This document shows positions 40,077 to 49,988 of a stretch of 64,000 bases of DNA, piece by piece (the first letter of the stretch is position 1; each line of letters starts with the position of its first letter). Origin of the DNA: an uncultured archaeon (GTDB taxonomy: Archaea; Asgardarchaeota; Lokiarchaeia; Sigyniarchaeales; SOKP01); contig CAZDTP010000002.1 in assembly GCA_964508365.1 (NCBI GenBank), positions 32,001-96,000 on the forward strand, given 5' to 3'. The notes below the pieces were generated by a model that worked only from the letters and a program-made list of their open reading frames with translations, was not told where the DNA came from and did no database searches. The position numbers and the translations under genes were made by a program.

Positions 40077-40946
40077 ATGAGTGAAAAGAATAATAAACAA
40101 GAGTTTTTACTTTTAAGAGAATTACTCAATGAGTCTTTACTCCGTGATTTGATTATTTTTATTATATTTTATCTCTTTATTTTGGCTCAATCTTGGAAAA
40201 ACATTTTTTTATTGCTTTTTCCGGTAATTACTTACACTTTTTCTCTATTTTTTCGAGTAATTAATGCTAACAAATGGAGATTATCAATTTATGATAACAC
40301 GATCAAATACAGTCCTCTTGGATTAGAAAAAAAACATGCTAATAGATTGATTTTTACTGCGATATTACAATTAATATTACTTTTTTGGATTGGTGGGGAA
40401 TCATATTATCATCCCCAACTCATTCAGACTTATGATTTTTTTTTTAATATTATATTTAATTTCATTTACACATTTGGTTTTTATTGGATCTTAATTGATA
40501 TTTGGAGATATTCCAAAATAACCATTAAAACTAGAGATAATATCGAAGAAATCACAGAAATACTAGTAAATCACCTAAATCTTAAAAAATTTAAGCTACT
40601 TTACCTAATAAACCTAGGTACGTTTATCTTTTTAAATATTTTAAACCTGAGTATAGTAATTCTGACGGAAATTAATGGGCTTCTTGGAATTATGTATATA
40701 CTTCCAGGGACTGGAATAGAAAGTTCATTGCCATTGAAAATCTCAGTAAGTTCATTACTAATTATAGTAATTTCTCCACTGATAACCATCCTACTTTTTT
40801 ACCTTATTTATAAAAATATATCTAGCATAAACCCCACTGAATTAATAGAAAAGCTCCATTTATTACCAGATAGCAAGCAAAACAATATTATTGAAATATT
40901 AAAAAATATAAATCACAAATACTCTAGAGATTTCAGTAGTGAATAA
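40077..40946 (+). CDS. Hypothetical multi-pass membrane protein
   Basis: About 6 hydrophobic segments, no recognised family. Confidence 0.7.
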   Translation: MSEKNNKQEFLLLRELLNESLLRDLIIFIIFYLFILAQSWKNIFLLLFPVITYTFSLFFRVINANKWRLSIYDNTIKYSPLGLEKKHANRLIFTAILQLILLFWIGGESYYHPQLIQTYDFFFNIIFNFIYTFGFYWILIDIWRYSKITIKTRDNIEEITEILVNHLNLKKFKLLYLINLGTFIFLNILNLSIVILTEINGLLGIMYILPGTGIESSLPLKISVSSLLIIVISPLITILLFYLIYKNISSINPTELIEKLHLLPDSKQNNIIEILKNINHKYSRDFSSE

Positions 40947-41025
40947 AATATTGAATAAAAGTTTTAAAAAAAAATATATTATTTTTACAATCTATTGCTA
41001 ACAAATTTTAGTAAATTTCTCAATA

Positions 41026-41568
41026 ATGTCGCAACAATCTGATCTAAAGCGCCAGTTTTTATTTAAAATCGTTGTAGTAGGTGATGGTGGCGTTGGAAAG
41101 AGTACTATGATACAACGGTTAATTACTGGTCATTTCGTGCCAATGAAGATTACAATTGGAACTGATCTATTGACATGGAGCACAACGAGAGGTGATACTG
41201 GAATTAAGCTTCAAATATGGGATTTTGCTGGTGAAAAAAGATTCAGATTCTTCCTGCCAAACTATTCTAGAGGGGCTCAAGGTTGTTTACTCTGCTATGA
41301 TATTTCGAGATATACTAGCTTTCAGAACCTTCAAGAATGGTATGATATCGTAAAAGAGAATACGAATGATATAATTTTCTTTATGGTTGGAGGAAAAGCC
41401 GACCTTTCAGACTCAAGAAGGACTGTTCAAAAAGATGAAGCAGAAGAATTCAAGCACGAACACAATATACCTTTTCTGATAGAAACGAGTTCGAAAACCG
41501 GAGAAAATAATATTAACGTTTTTGAAACTTTAGTAGAAGCAATGCTAAAAAAGAGAGATTTAATTTAA
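41026..41568 (+). CDS. Rab-like small GTPase
   Basis: GDGGVGKS, TIG, WDFAGE, GGKAD, TSSK. Confidence 0.93.
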   Translation: MSQQSDLKRQFLFKIVVVGDGGVGKSTMIQRLITGHFVPMKITIGTDLLTWSTTRGDTGIKLQIWDFAGEKRFRFFLPNYSRGAQGCLLCYDISRYTSFQNLQEWYDIVKENTNDIIFFMVGGKADLSDSRRTVQKDEAEEFKHEHNIPFLIETSSKTGENNINVFETLVEAMLKKRDLI

Positions 41569-41686
41569 AGATTTTACTCATTTTATACCTAAATGCATCT
41601 CTGTTCATATTAAGGCAGATTGGTGTTTATTTATCTTTTTACTAAGATAAAAACCTCTTAAAAAAATTTGTCTTATTTTTTACAAT

Positions 41687-42547
41687 CTAAAGGATTCCAA
41701 TTGCCATTTCTAAGATGAATTTATGATTTTCAGCCCACAAAAAAAAGATCTTATTTCTAATGGGAATCATTACCGTCTCTGTCATTTGTATATATTTATC
41801 TGTATTTTCAAATTTAAATTTAGGTAAATGTCCTTTAAATTTTTTACCTTTAATCTCAATTTTACTTTCAATTAACTTAACATCTACTACTCCTATACCT
41901 TTGTTTAAAATTTCCTCCTTGCCTTTTCTTGAAAGCATATCAAACATATAATTCAATGTGTTTTCATCATTTTCAACATCTCGATTATACTTAAATACCA
42001 TAAATCCAGCATCTTTTACAAATTTTGCATCAGGGATTAACAAAGTAGTATCATACGCTTCAAATTCATGTGAGATCTGAAATTTCTCGACAATATGCTC
42101 AATAACCTTCCAGCCTTTTTCATAAAGAGGATTCAAATAAGGTTTCAAAAAATCATCAATTTCATTGACAGAAAATTCAACACTCTCTAAATACATAGTT
42201 TCTAATTTATCGATAACTTCTAATTCAATTTTTTTAAGTATTTCAAATTCCTTTTTCTTCTTGTTGATTATTCTACTCATATACAATTCAGGACTTATTG
42301 CGGCATAGATTTTCGCACCTTTTGGACCCTCATATTCTGAATTTTTTCTTACACATCCCCTATCATGAAGTCTATTAAGGATAGAGTAGATGGTTGTTCT
42401 TTTTATAGGTAAATGATCTGTTAAATCTTTAATATATGTTCCCTTTTTGCCATGTTGTATCAGAGTAATATAAATTAAAGCTTCTTCCCGTGTTAATCCA
42501 GTTTTTTGTAAACCTTGTATGTATTCTTCAGTTGTATCACCTTTCAT
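41687..42547 (-). CDS. TrmB-family (wHTH) transcriptional regulator
   Basis: LQKTGLT.EEA.IY..L...I.RTTIYSIL.RL..RG.V...Y.AISP N-terminal HTH. Confidence 0.85.
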   Translation of the reverse strand: MKGDTTEEYIQGLQKTGLTREEALIYITLIQHGKKGTYIKDLTDHLPIKRTTIYSILNRLHDRGCVRKNSEYEGPKGAKIYAAISPELYMSRIINKKKKEFEILKKIELEVIDKLETMYLESVEFSVNEIDDFLKPYLNPLYEKGWKVIEHIVEKFQISHEFEAYDTTLLIPDAKFVKDAGFMVFKYNRDVENDENTLNYMFDMLSRKGKEEILNKGIGVVDVKLIESKIEIKGKKFKGHLPKFKFENTDKYIQMTETVMIPIRNKIFFLWAENHKFILEMAIGIL

Positions 42548-42580
42548 TAATTATAATTTAGGTTTTCAACTATAAAAAGG

Positions 42581-42637
42581 TTGTGACTATAGGTCATGAC
42601 ACAATAACATTTAAATAGTCGCGGCACTTAGTCACAA
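42581..42637. promoter_or_regulatory. Inverted/direct repeat operator candidate in the divergent TrmB / methyltransferase promoter
   Basis: TTGTGACTA (42581-42589) and TAGTCACAA (42629-42637) are a perfect inverted pair. There is an extra TAGTCGC at 42616 and a GTCATGAC palindrome at 42593. Confidence 0.55.
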
Positions 42638-42670
42638 ATATTAATCAATTAAAGTTTAAGGTTATTTAAA

Positions 42671-43441
42671 TTGAAAAAAGAAAAACCTAAGTATGGATGG
42701 TATGTAAGAGATTTGATCATCGGTTTCACTATTATTGGTCTTGTAGGATTAATTGTTTTTATTTTTGGACTATATTTACATGGTATCTTAGGAAACATTC
42801 TTATTTGTATTGGTGTAGTTCTTATGTTTTTATTTCTATGGCCGGGTGTTGGATTAACAGCTCTTAATCTTACGATTAGTGATTCTTTCTATTTAGACAA
42901 AAGCATGGAAGCTCTCTACAAAACAGAATCACTACAAATCTTAGATGTAGGATGTGGTACTGGCAGAACAGCAGTCAAGATTGCGAAGCTTTTACAAAAT
43001 GGAGGACATCTAACCGGAATAGATATCTATGAGAAGAAGGCAATAGCAGGGAATTCACTTTATACGGTACAGATGAATGCTAGAATTGAAGAGGTTGAAG
43101 ATCGAACAACATTTCAATATGGGTCTGCAATTGATATCCCATTTGATGATGGAAAATTTGATATAGTTAATTTTTCTTCAGTGTTACATGAACTTCATAT
43201 GGAGTATGGCCCTGAAAAAGCATTGGAAGAAGCGTATCGAGTTTTAAAGCCTGGAGGATATTTATATATTAGTGAATGGAATAGGAACTCCATTCTTACA
43301 ATTATATTTTTAGGAATCTTTTGTTTTGTGTTTAAACCATATAAATACTGGCGCAATCTTATTGACAAACATGGATTTCAAGAGCTTTCCTATCAGCGAT
43401 TCGGTGGTTTTGGTATCTTTTCAACCATAAAAAAGAAGTAA
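42671..43441 (+). CDS. Class I SAM-dependent methyltransferase with N-terminal TM anchor
   Basis: LDVGCGTG, IPFDDGKFD, YRVLKPGG; two N-terminal TM helices. Confidence 0.9.
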   Translation: MKKEKPKYGWYVRDLIIGFTIIGLVGLIVFIFGLYLHGILGNILICIGVVLMFLFLWPGVGLTALNLTISDSFYLDKSMEALYKTESLQILDVGCGTGRTAVKIAKLLQNGGHLTGIDIYEKKAIAGNSLYTVQMNARIEEVEDRTTFQYGSAIDIPFDDGKFDIVNFSSVLHELHMEYGPEKALEEAYRVLKPGGYLYISEWNRNSILTIIFLGIFCFVFKPYKYWRNLIDKHGFQELSYQRFGGFGIFSTIKKK

Positions 43442-43547
43442 TCTCTTTTTTTTATATTCTTTCTTTTAATATTATAATAACGAAACAAATAATTTTAACA
43501 AGTTAATACTATTAAGGCTAATTAAAAGCATTCAAATGGTCAGATAA

Positions 43548-43922
43548 ATGAAAAAGAAAATTATTTTTATCCGATTTACTTATTGGTAGGGAGCTATTTT
43601 TGATATATTGGTTTTCCTTGATATGATTCTCTCTATAATATTTGAATTTTCAGTTACAATGACGAACATAAGTAAAGATGTCTCTTATAAATATCAAACA
43701 GGAACAGGAGCTTTTTTAATGTTAGGAGGGACAATTCTACTAATATGGGCTGATTGTAATCCAATTGAGCGCAAAGAGGTTCTACTTCTGAAAGTAATAC
43801 CAGTTGTAGTAGGAATAATGGTTATAAATATCTTATATATCTATTTCTGGTTTCTTTTTGTTATTAAATGGATAGTTTTTATAATCGTTTATTTATTGGT
43901 AATATCTATAGATATAAGTTAA
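43548..43922 (+). pseudogene. Small four-TM membrane protein gene interrupted by an in-frame TAG
   Basis: ATG at 43548 gives MKKKIIFIRFTYW-TAG(43587-43589)-GAIFDILVF..., in frame with track ORF 43608..43922. Confidence 0.6.
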
Positions 43923-43943
43923 ATAAAAAATAAAATTAGAAGA

Positions 43944-44903
43944 TTAAGATTCTTCGAATAAATCTTTAAGCTCATCATAGCTTAGCTTCAAATAGGAAGC
44001 GGAAATCTTATCCTTTCCAATTAAGGTCTTGAAATTTTTTTTCCTCTTCTTATTTAGAAAATTTTTCATCTCGCTGAGGTCTGGTTCTTTAGATGTAACT
44101 TCGATTAACTTTTCTTTTATAGCGTGATTTACGACCTTTTGACCCACTTCTGTTCGGATTATTAGGAACGCTTCGCCAGAACCTTTTGGAGCCCCCCATG
44201 GACTATATGAAATGTCTGAAAATTCGCCAGAGAAATCAGTACAGTATTTACAACCAGTCATTCCACCAGATGAGCAAGCAAAGGCTATTTTTAATGAAGT
44301 TCGCTCTGCTCCTGTGTTGAAATCGCTTGTTATAATCTTGGCCAAACCTTGAAGATGGCATGGGTTTCCGATAATACCAATATCCCGTTTCCTGTCTAAG
44401 TAAGCCTGGCCAATCCCCGTAATTAATGGTCCTGCGTTATCCATCGTTTTTTTAGGAATGTAATTTTTTGCCGTTTTAGCATCATCAACGATTACAGGAA
44501 ATGCTACTGGCGGTTTTGTGCTTTTAGGTTCGGATAAAACGAAATGTTTTGTTACTCCAGACTTAAAAGCAGCCACAACTAAATTAAATAGAATATCATC
44601 TTTATTTTTAGATTTTACTTGGATGATATCTTTATAAACACCTAATCCTAAATCAACGCGTGTTTGACCAAACATTTTTAGCTCGATTTCTGAAATGGGA
44701 AGAAAACTGCGGGGACATGCATTATAACACAAACCTACAGTCTCAGCACATTCATCGACTACATAAGCTACCCCAGTTTCCTTATTGAAATCCATATGTG
44801 GACAGAATGCGTTACAGCTTCCGCAATGGATGCATAATCCTCCATAGATAACTTCATTTTCAAGATCTTGACTTGATTTTTCAATCTTCATTAATAATTT
44901 CAC
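43944..44903 (-). CDS. Coenzyme F420 hydrogenase/dehydrogenase beta subunit (FrhB/FdhB) family protein
   Basis: CIHCGSC..FCP and CY.ACP 4Fe-4S motifs, IGNPCH, C.YCTDFSGEFSDIS. Confidence 0.88.
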   Translation of the reverse strand: MKLLMKIEKSSQDLENEVIYGGLCIHCGSCNAFCPHMDFNKETGVAYVVDECAETVGLCYNACPRSFLPISEIELKMFGQTRVDLGLGVYKDIIQVKSKNKDDILFNLVVAAFKSGVTKHFVLSEPKSTKPPVAFPVIVDDAKTAKNYIPKKTMDNAGPLITGIGQAYLDRKRDIGIIGNPCHLQGLAKIITSDFNTGAERTSLKIAFACSSGGMTGCKYCTDFSGEFSDISYSPWGAPKGSGEAFLIIRTEVGQKVVNHAIKEKLIEVTSKEPDLSEMKNFLNKKRKKNFKTLIGKDKISASYLKLSYDELKDLFEES

Positions 44904-45269
44904 TTTAAAATGCTAATAATCAATCTTTTAATATTGAATAGTAAAATAAATCATGGCATATAAACTTTAAATGAAATTTCACACTCTTTATATTCTAAGG
45001 ATTCAAGAATAATATATTAAAATTTGTAAAGATTATATAAAACGGATATATTTAATCTAATGAACTCCAAAATCTGACGAATAGATACTTCCTTTTTAAA
45101 AAATTCTCCCAATACATAGTCATATATATTTTTCAGCTAACCCACCAAAACCATTTAGAAATTTTGTAAATTAATCTTTAGAAGCCTATGAGACAAAACA
45201 TATTTATTTAAATTTCACACATGCTTTTACCAGTTAAAATATTTCATTTATTTACTTATTTAATTTTCA

Positions 45270-46367
45270 ATGCCTACACTTCCTTCTTTACCTCGTAATA
45301 TAACGCTCCACTTAACGGAGAATTGCAATTTAAGATGTAAGATGTGTTATTTCTGGGGAGACACTGGTGCATATTCTACTTCTCGGACTAAACAGAAACC
45401 CAAGATTTTAAATTTTGAAATTGTTAAGAACTTAATTAGAGAACTTGCGATTGTAAAACCAATTTATTCCCTTTATGGTGGAGAACCACTACTATATCCT
45501 TATTTTGAAGAATTAATAGATGAAATTAAAAAGAATAATTCCTTTGTAGATACTCCAACAAATGGAACTCTTTTATCCGACAATGCGGAAATATTGGTAA
45601 AAAAAGAATTTGACTTTGTGAGGGTTTCTCTTGACGGTCCTCGAGATATTAACGATAAACAAAGGGGTTCTGGAAGTTACGATAAAGCAATTAAAGGAAT
45701 AAATGACCTTTTCGAGGCGAAAAAGAAGAACAAAGCAAAAAAACCTTTTATTGATATAATTTACACGATAACTCCTGATAACTTTCTAACAGTCGAAGAA
45801 TTTTTCTTGCATGATCTTGATATTTCAAAAGTAGATCATATTACAATACAAATGCAGAACTATATTACAAGAAAAATGGGAAAAGATTACGCAGAATTTC
45901 TCAGTTCAGAATTCGGAATTCAAAGTGATACCTATTGGAAAAGTATGGTCCGTTTACCTTCTGAATTCTGTGAAATAGACAGAACTGAGTTATCTAGACA
46001 AGTTAACAGAGTGCGAACTTATTATTCCAGTCAAAATAAGAATGTGATGCTTCTACCGCCTACATTTTCTTCACAGAATTTAGAAGCATATCTAACTTCG
46101 AATTGGGATCAGATGATTGATGTGTATGAAAAGTGCATTATTCCTTGGGTTTCAGCAGAAATTGTCGCTAATGGTGATGTAGCACCATGTCATGTATTCT
46201 ATGATTTAGTGCTTGGAAATCTTTATGAGAACGGTATTGCCGATATTTGGAACGGAGAGAAATATAAAAGGTTCAGAAATTATATAGAATCAAAAATTTT
46301 TATGCCAATATGTCCAGGGTGCTGTATATTATACTTAAGTGGTAAAAAGTTGAGATCTAAAAAATAA
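45270..46367 (+). CDS. Radical SAM / SPASM domain protein
   Basis: CNLRCKMC, GGEP, TNG, C-terminal C..PW...G.V.PC...C.GC. Confidence 0.92.
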   Translation: MPTLPSLPRNITLHLTENCNLRCKMCYFWGDTGAYSTSRTKQKPKILNFEIVKNLIRELAIVKPIYSLYGGEPLLYPYFEELIDEIKKNNSFVDTPTNGTLLSDNAEILVKKEFDFVRVSLDGPRDINDKQRGSGSYDKAIKGINDLFEAKKKNKAKKPFIDIIYTITPDNFLTVEEFFLHDLDISKVDHITIQMQNYITRKMGKDYAEFLSSEFGIQSDTYWKSMVRLPSEFCEIDRTELSRQVNRVRTYYSSQNKNVMLLPPTFSSQNLEAYLTSNWDQMIDVYEKCIIPWVSAEIVANGDVAPCHVFYDLVLGNLYENGIADIWNGEKYKRFRNYIESKIFMPICPGCCILYLSGKKLRSKK

Positions 46368-46370
46368 TTA

Positions 46371-46661
46371 TCAGTATTTATCACCATTTTCATCTAAAAA
46401 ACGTGAACATGTTTCATCTAATTTCTTAATTATATGATTTCGGTCTTTCCATATAATCCACGTACTTCCCGATTTTTCGAAGTGAAATCCATCGTAATCG
46501 TCTTTTATTTTAGACAATGTTTTTTTCACAAAGCTCCAAGAAAACCCAGTTTGCTCAACAACTTCTGCAATTGCGATGGGATGATTAACTGTTAGGTTAT
46601 TGTTAAAAAAATCTATAATTTTTTCAAATCCCGTTTTGGGGAGTAAATTTTCTTTCTTCAA
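46371..46661 (-). CDS. Small winged-helix-like hypothetical protein
   Basis: I.EVVEQTGFSWSFVKK.L helix-turn-helix followed by a beta-wing. TTG start. Confidence 0.6.
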   Translation of the reverse strand: MKKENLLPKTGFEKIIDFFNNNLTVNHPIAIAEVVEQTGFSWSFVKKTLSKIKDDYDGFHFEKSGSTWIIWKDRNHIIKKLDETCSRFLDENGDKY

Positions 46662-46826
46662 GGTAAAGAGTATCCACTTCTAAAATTCAAATTATTTAGT
46701 ATATAATTTATGTAAGGTTTAAGGATATTTAATATTCGTATCTATCTACTACTATTATCTCGATGTAATTTTTATCTTATTATAAATACTGCGCGAATTG
46801 TATCTAAAATGAGCAATTAAAACGCT

Positions 46827-48017
46827 TTATTTTTTAAAATTTAGAAATTCTCCAGATTTCATCAGGTCACACGGTTTAAAATAATTTATTTGAGTGGTTT
46901 CTGCGAGTTCGATTAATATCTGGGACCATTTTTCATAATTTCTTTTACCAGCTCCAAATGGTCCGGGCATATCCATTCCTGCTAACATTGTATCATCAAT
47001 TATTTTATACCCGTTAACAATTTTTTCCTCTAATAATCTACATCCTTCGTTTAATTGAATTGCGTAATATTGTTCTGGGCTAAATAATCCTGCTTTTTCA
47101 TTTGTTTTAATATTAGGTTTTCCTTCAACCCACTCATAAATACCTTTCCCCGTTTTTCTTCCCAGATTACCTTCTTTAAGAAGGTTTGTAAGAGTTTTAC
47201 CGGGAGCAAATTCAGGCGATATTTCTTTAACAAAATAATTCATTACATCACATACAACATCCAAACCTAAAAAATCCCATTTAGCTAAGGGGCCCAATTC
47301 AGGGGGAGATACAAAATCATTGTCGATCTTCTCGTAGGGAATCCCTTTATCAGTAGCCATATCTAAAATCCAATTAAATAAGAGGCTTGTCGCAATAGTT
47401 AAGCGATTTACGATAAATCCTGGACTTTCTTTTTCTATTTTTGCAATATATCTTTTACCTTTGAGTGCCGGTAGCTTTTGACCAATTGCTACCCCTATGT
47501 CAAATGCTTCTTGTGATGTTTTCTCCCCTTTTATTAATTCAATTAACCTAAGTAAAGGAATTGGGGTAAAAAAATGCATACCAATTACTTGTTCAGGCCT
47601 GTTTGATGTTTCGGCTATTTTAGAGATACTCATCGTTGAGGTATTTGTTGCTAGTACAGTATGTTCTAGTGCATATTCCCCTAGTTCTTTAAATAAATCT
47701 TGCTTCAATTCCATTACTTCAGGTATTGCTTCTACAACAAAATCAGCTTCTTTGATTGAAGTTATTAGGTTTTTCGTAGTAATGAGTTTTTTAATTAAAA
47801 AATCGGTTGTTAAACCTTGACCCAATTTTCCTTTTGATTCGATTTTCTCAAGACCTGTTGTAATGTATTTTTTCGCAGTGATTAAAGCATTTTCATTAAT
47901 ATCGTTCAAAATAACCTTTTCAAATAAGTTTGACATTAGAGCAACTTGTGCTATTTCCCTTCCCATTGTCCCCGCCCCAACTACAACAAATGTTTTAAAA
48001 CGACTTAAATCTACCAT
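46827..48017 (-). CDS. 3-hydroxyacyl-CoA dehydrogenase (two C-terminal domains)
   Basis: VVGAGTMG, VEAIPE..ELKQ, NTST, GMHFF, GFIVNR, LGRKTGKG. Probable start at the ATG of MVDL. Confidence 0.93.
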   Translation of the reverse strand: MVDLSRFKTFVVVGAGTMGREIAQVALMSNLFEKVILNDINENALITAKKYITTGLEKIESKGKLGQGLTTDFLIKKLITTKNLITSIKEADFVVEAIPEVMELKQDLFKELGEYALEHTVLATNTSTMSISKIAETSNRPEQVIGMHFFTPIPLLRLIELIKGEKTSQEAFDIGVAIGQKLPALKGKRYIAKIEKESPGFIVNRLTIATSLLFNWILDMATDKGIPYEKIDNDFVSPPELGPLAKWDFLGLDVVCDVMNYFVKEISPEFAPGKTLTNLLKEGNLGRKTGKGIYEWVEGKPNIKTNEKAGLFSPEQYYAIQLNEGCRLLEEKIVNGYKIIDDTMLAGMDMPGPFGAGKRNYEKWSQILIELAETTQINYFKPCDLMKSGEFLNFKK

Positions 48018-48093
48018 TTTAATATTTAACCTCAAGATTTTTTGCTAATAAAATAAATATGGAGAACAACTCCTTATATTCAAAAATTAAAAA

Positions 48094-49161
48094 TCATATA
48101 AAAAAGATTGTTACTATTAATTGGGATAGTAAAAAAGCGCCAATTCCTAAAAATATGGAAATCGGAAGTCCTGGCAAAATCTTATTTTTTTTCAATCTCG
48201 ATATAGTAATTCCTGTTCCAATTACGATTGCTAAGGTAGTCAAAGCCGTAATAATAATATTATTCGTGAATATAAGTACGCTGGAAGTAAGTAAAGCATA
48301 AAAAACTAGATCTCCAATACCAATCTCTAATTTGGATGTATCGTAAACAGCATTACCACTTTCAATTTTCTCTTCTATTTCTGATTTTGTCATTTCGTCT
48401 TCATTATCATTCTTTGAAAGTATTTCTATCATTTCCTTAATTGGTCCTTTTTTATAAAGGACAGCAAAAATATCCCAAAAAGATATACCAACCAAAATAG
48501 CAAGAGTGCTCCAAAAAGGTAAAACGATGCTCATAGAAGCGCTAATTAGAAGGCTGATATATAGGACGATAAAATTTTTAGTTTTTATTGATTTTGATGT
48601 GAAATATTTATAGATAAGAAAGAAAACAGAAATTGCAGTTCCCATTGGTAGATACAAATTCGTAAAGAGAAGATAGAGCTTAAATACAAAATTAGTTTCA
48701 GGAAATTGGATAAAAATTAAGTAAACAATTACATCTAAGAACATTATGGTAATGAAAAAACTAACAAAGCCGAAACTTATTCCAAAAAGGTATTTCAAAA
48801 CACCTATCCCCAGCTTTTTGATAAAATATACTATTGTAAATCCAGATACAACCGCAATTACCGTAAAAATCACACCATTCAATATGACAGCTAATGCCCC
48901 CAATTCATCTTCAGGAAAGTAACTTTCTTCGACTTGAACTCCCGCAACAAAGAAGGTGAGATACGCCAGTATTGAAGCTAGGATTATTACGACCACAATA
49001 GGAATTGAGTAAAATTTGAACTTTATTCTATAAGTTGGTAAAAAATGTGGAACAATATCCTTTTCGATAATTTCTTTTTGTTCGTTTTTAATTTCTGAAT
49101 AATGACGCGTATCTTCTTGGTTATCCTTTCGCAAATTTACTGAATTTGGGTTATTAGACAT
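48094..49161 (-). CDS. Presenilin-family intramembrane aspartyl protease
   Basis: FWDIFAV (catalytic Asp 1), IGIGDLVFY (GxGD, Asp 2), LPGLPISI (PAL-like), about 9 TM helices. Confidence 0.9.
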   Translation of the reverse strand: [355 protein letters not shown]

Positions 49162-49280
49162 TATTTTATAGACTAAGTTTTTTGAAATACTAATTTAAAT
49201 TAATAAAATAATTAATAATTTAAATATATAATAATAAAGAATTATAAGGCTTGATAATCGTATTGTAAAATAATGAAATT

Positions 49281-49988
49281 ATGTCAAAATATCAAAATGA
49301 TAAATATATTTTGATTAATCAAGAAATTCCATTACCTTCAACTCAATTTCCCTCTAAAACACACATTTATCCTAACTATTTGGGAATAGTTTTTATCGGA
49401 AAGATTTCAACATCCATTTTAACGAAATTAGATTTTTATATTAATGAAATATTTAACTCATTTTTTTATGAAATTCTTTTTATTGGAGAATTGGAAATCC
49501 CCTCTATTTTGTATGAGAGTGGGATTAAAAAAGAGCATAATTTATTAAACCAAGCTTTTAAAAAGGTAACCCTCCAACCAACTAACAAATTATACGATAT
49601 TATTAGGAATTTAATGAGAAGCCACAATTTTAATGTAGGTTTAGGACTTACGGACCTACCTATTTATTCAAGTAACGACGAGAGCTTATTATTCCTATTT
49701 GGAGAATCTAATATTAATCACAGGTGTGCTATAGTATCTACTCATAATTTGAATCCTCAATTTAATAAAGAATCGGGATATAACTTAAAAGTTGGAAATA
49801 GGATAATTAAAGAAGTAATTCACGAAATTGGACATATAATCATTGGCCTTGAACACTGTCTTACCGCAGATTGTGCTATGCGATTTTCAAAAAATATAGA
49901 AGAGATCGATAATAAATCAGTAAATCTCTGTAAAAAATGTCAGTCAAGATTAAACGAAGTTAGATTAAAGAATAAGTTTAAAAAGTAG
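49281..49988 (+). CDS. Archaemetzincin-like Zn metalloprotease (M54)
   Basis: HEIGH...GLEHC....CAMRFS...EID.KS..LC..C. Confidence 0.88.
   Translation: MSKYQNDKYILINQEIPLPSTQFPSKTHIYPNYLGIVFIGKISTSILTKLDFYINEIFNSFFYEILFIGELEIPSILYESGIKKEHNLLNQAFKKVTLQPTNKLYDIIRNLMRSHNFNVGLGLTDLPIYSSNDESLLFLFGESNINHRCAIVSTHNLNPQFNKESGYNLKVGNRIIKEVIHEIGHIIIGLEHCLTADCAMRFSKNIEEIDNKSVNLCKKCQSRLNEVRLKNKFKK

Noticed and set aside
43944-44903. Selenocysteine recoding in the FrhB-like protein or other redox genes
   Set aside because: No in-frame TGA at a Cys position was found. The TGA stops in the window fall at natural protein ends.
45040-45205. Possible decayed minus-strand ORF (YDYVLGEFFKKEVSIRQILEFIRL)
   Set aside because: Multiple stops and no identifiable homology.
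49978-49988. 11-bp convergent overlap of the archaemetzincin and GT4 genes
   Set aside because: Short 3' overlaps are ordinary in compact archaeal genomes.
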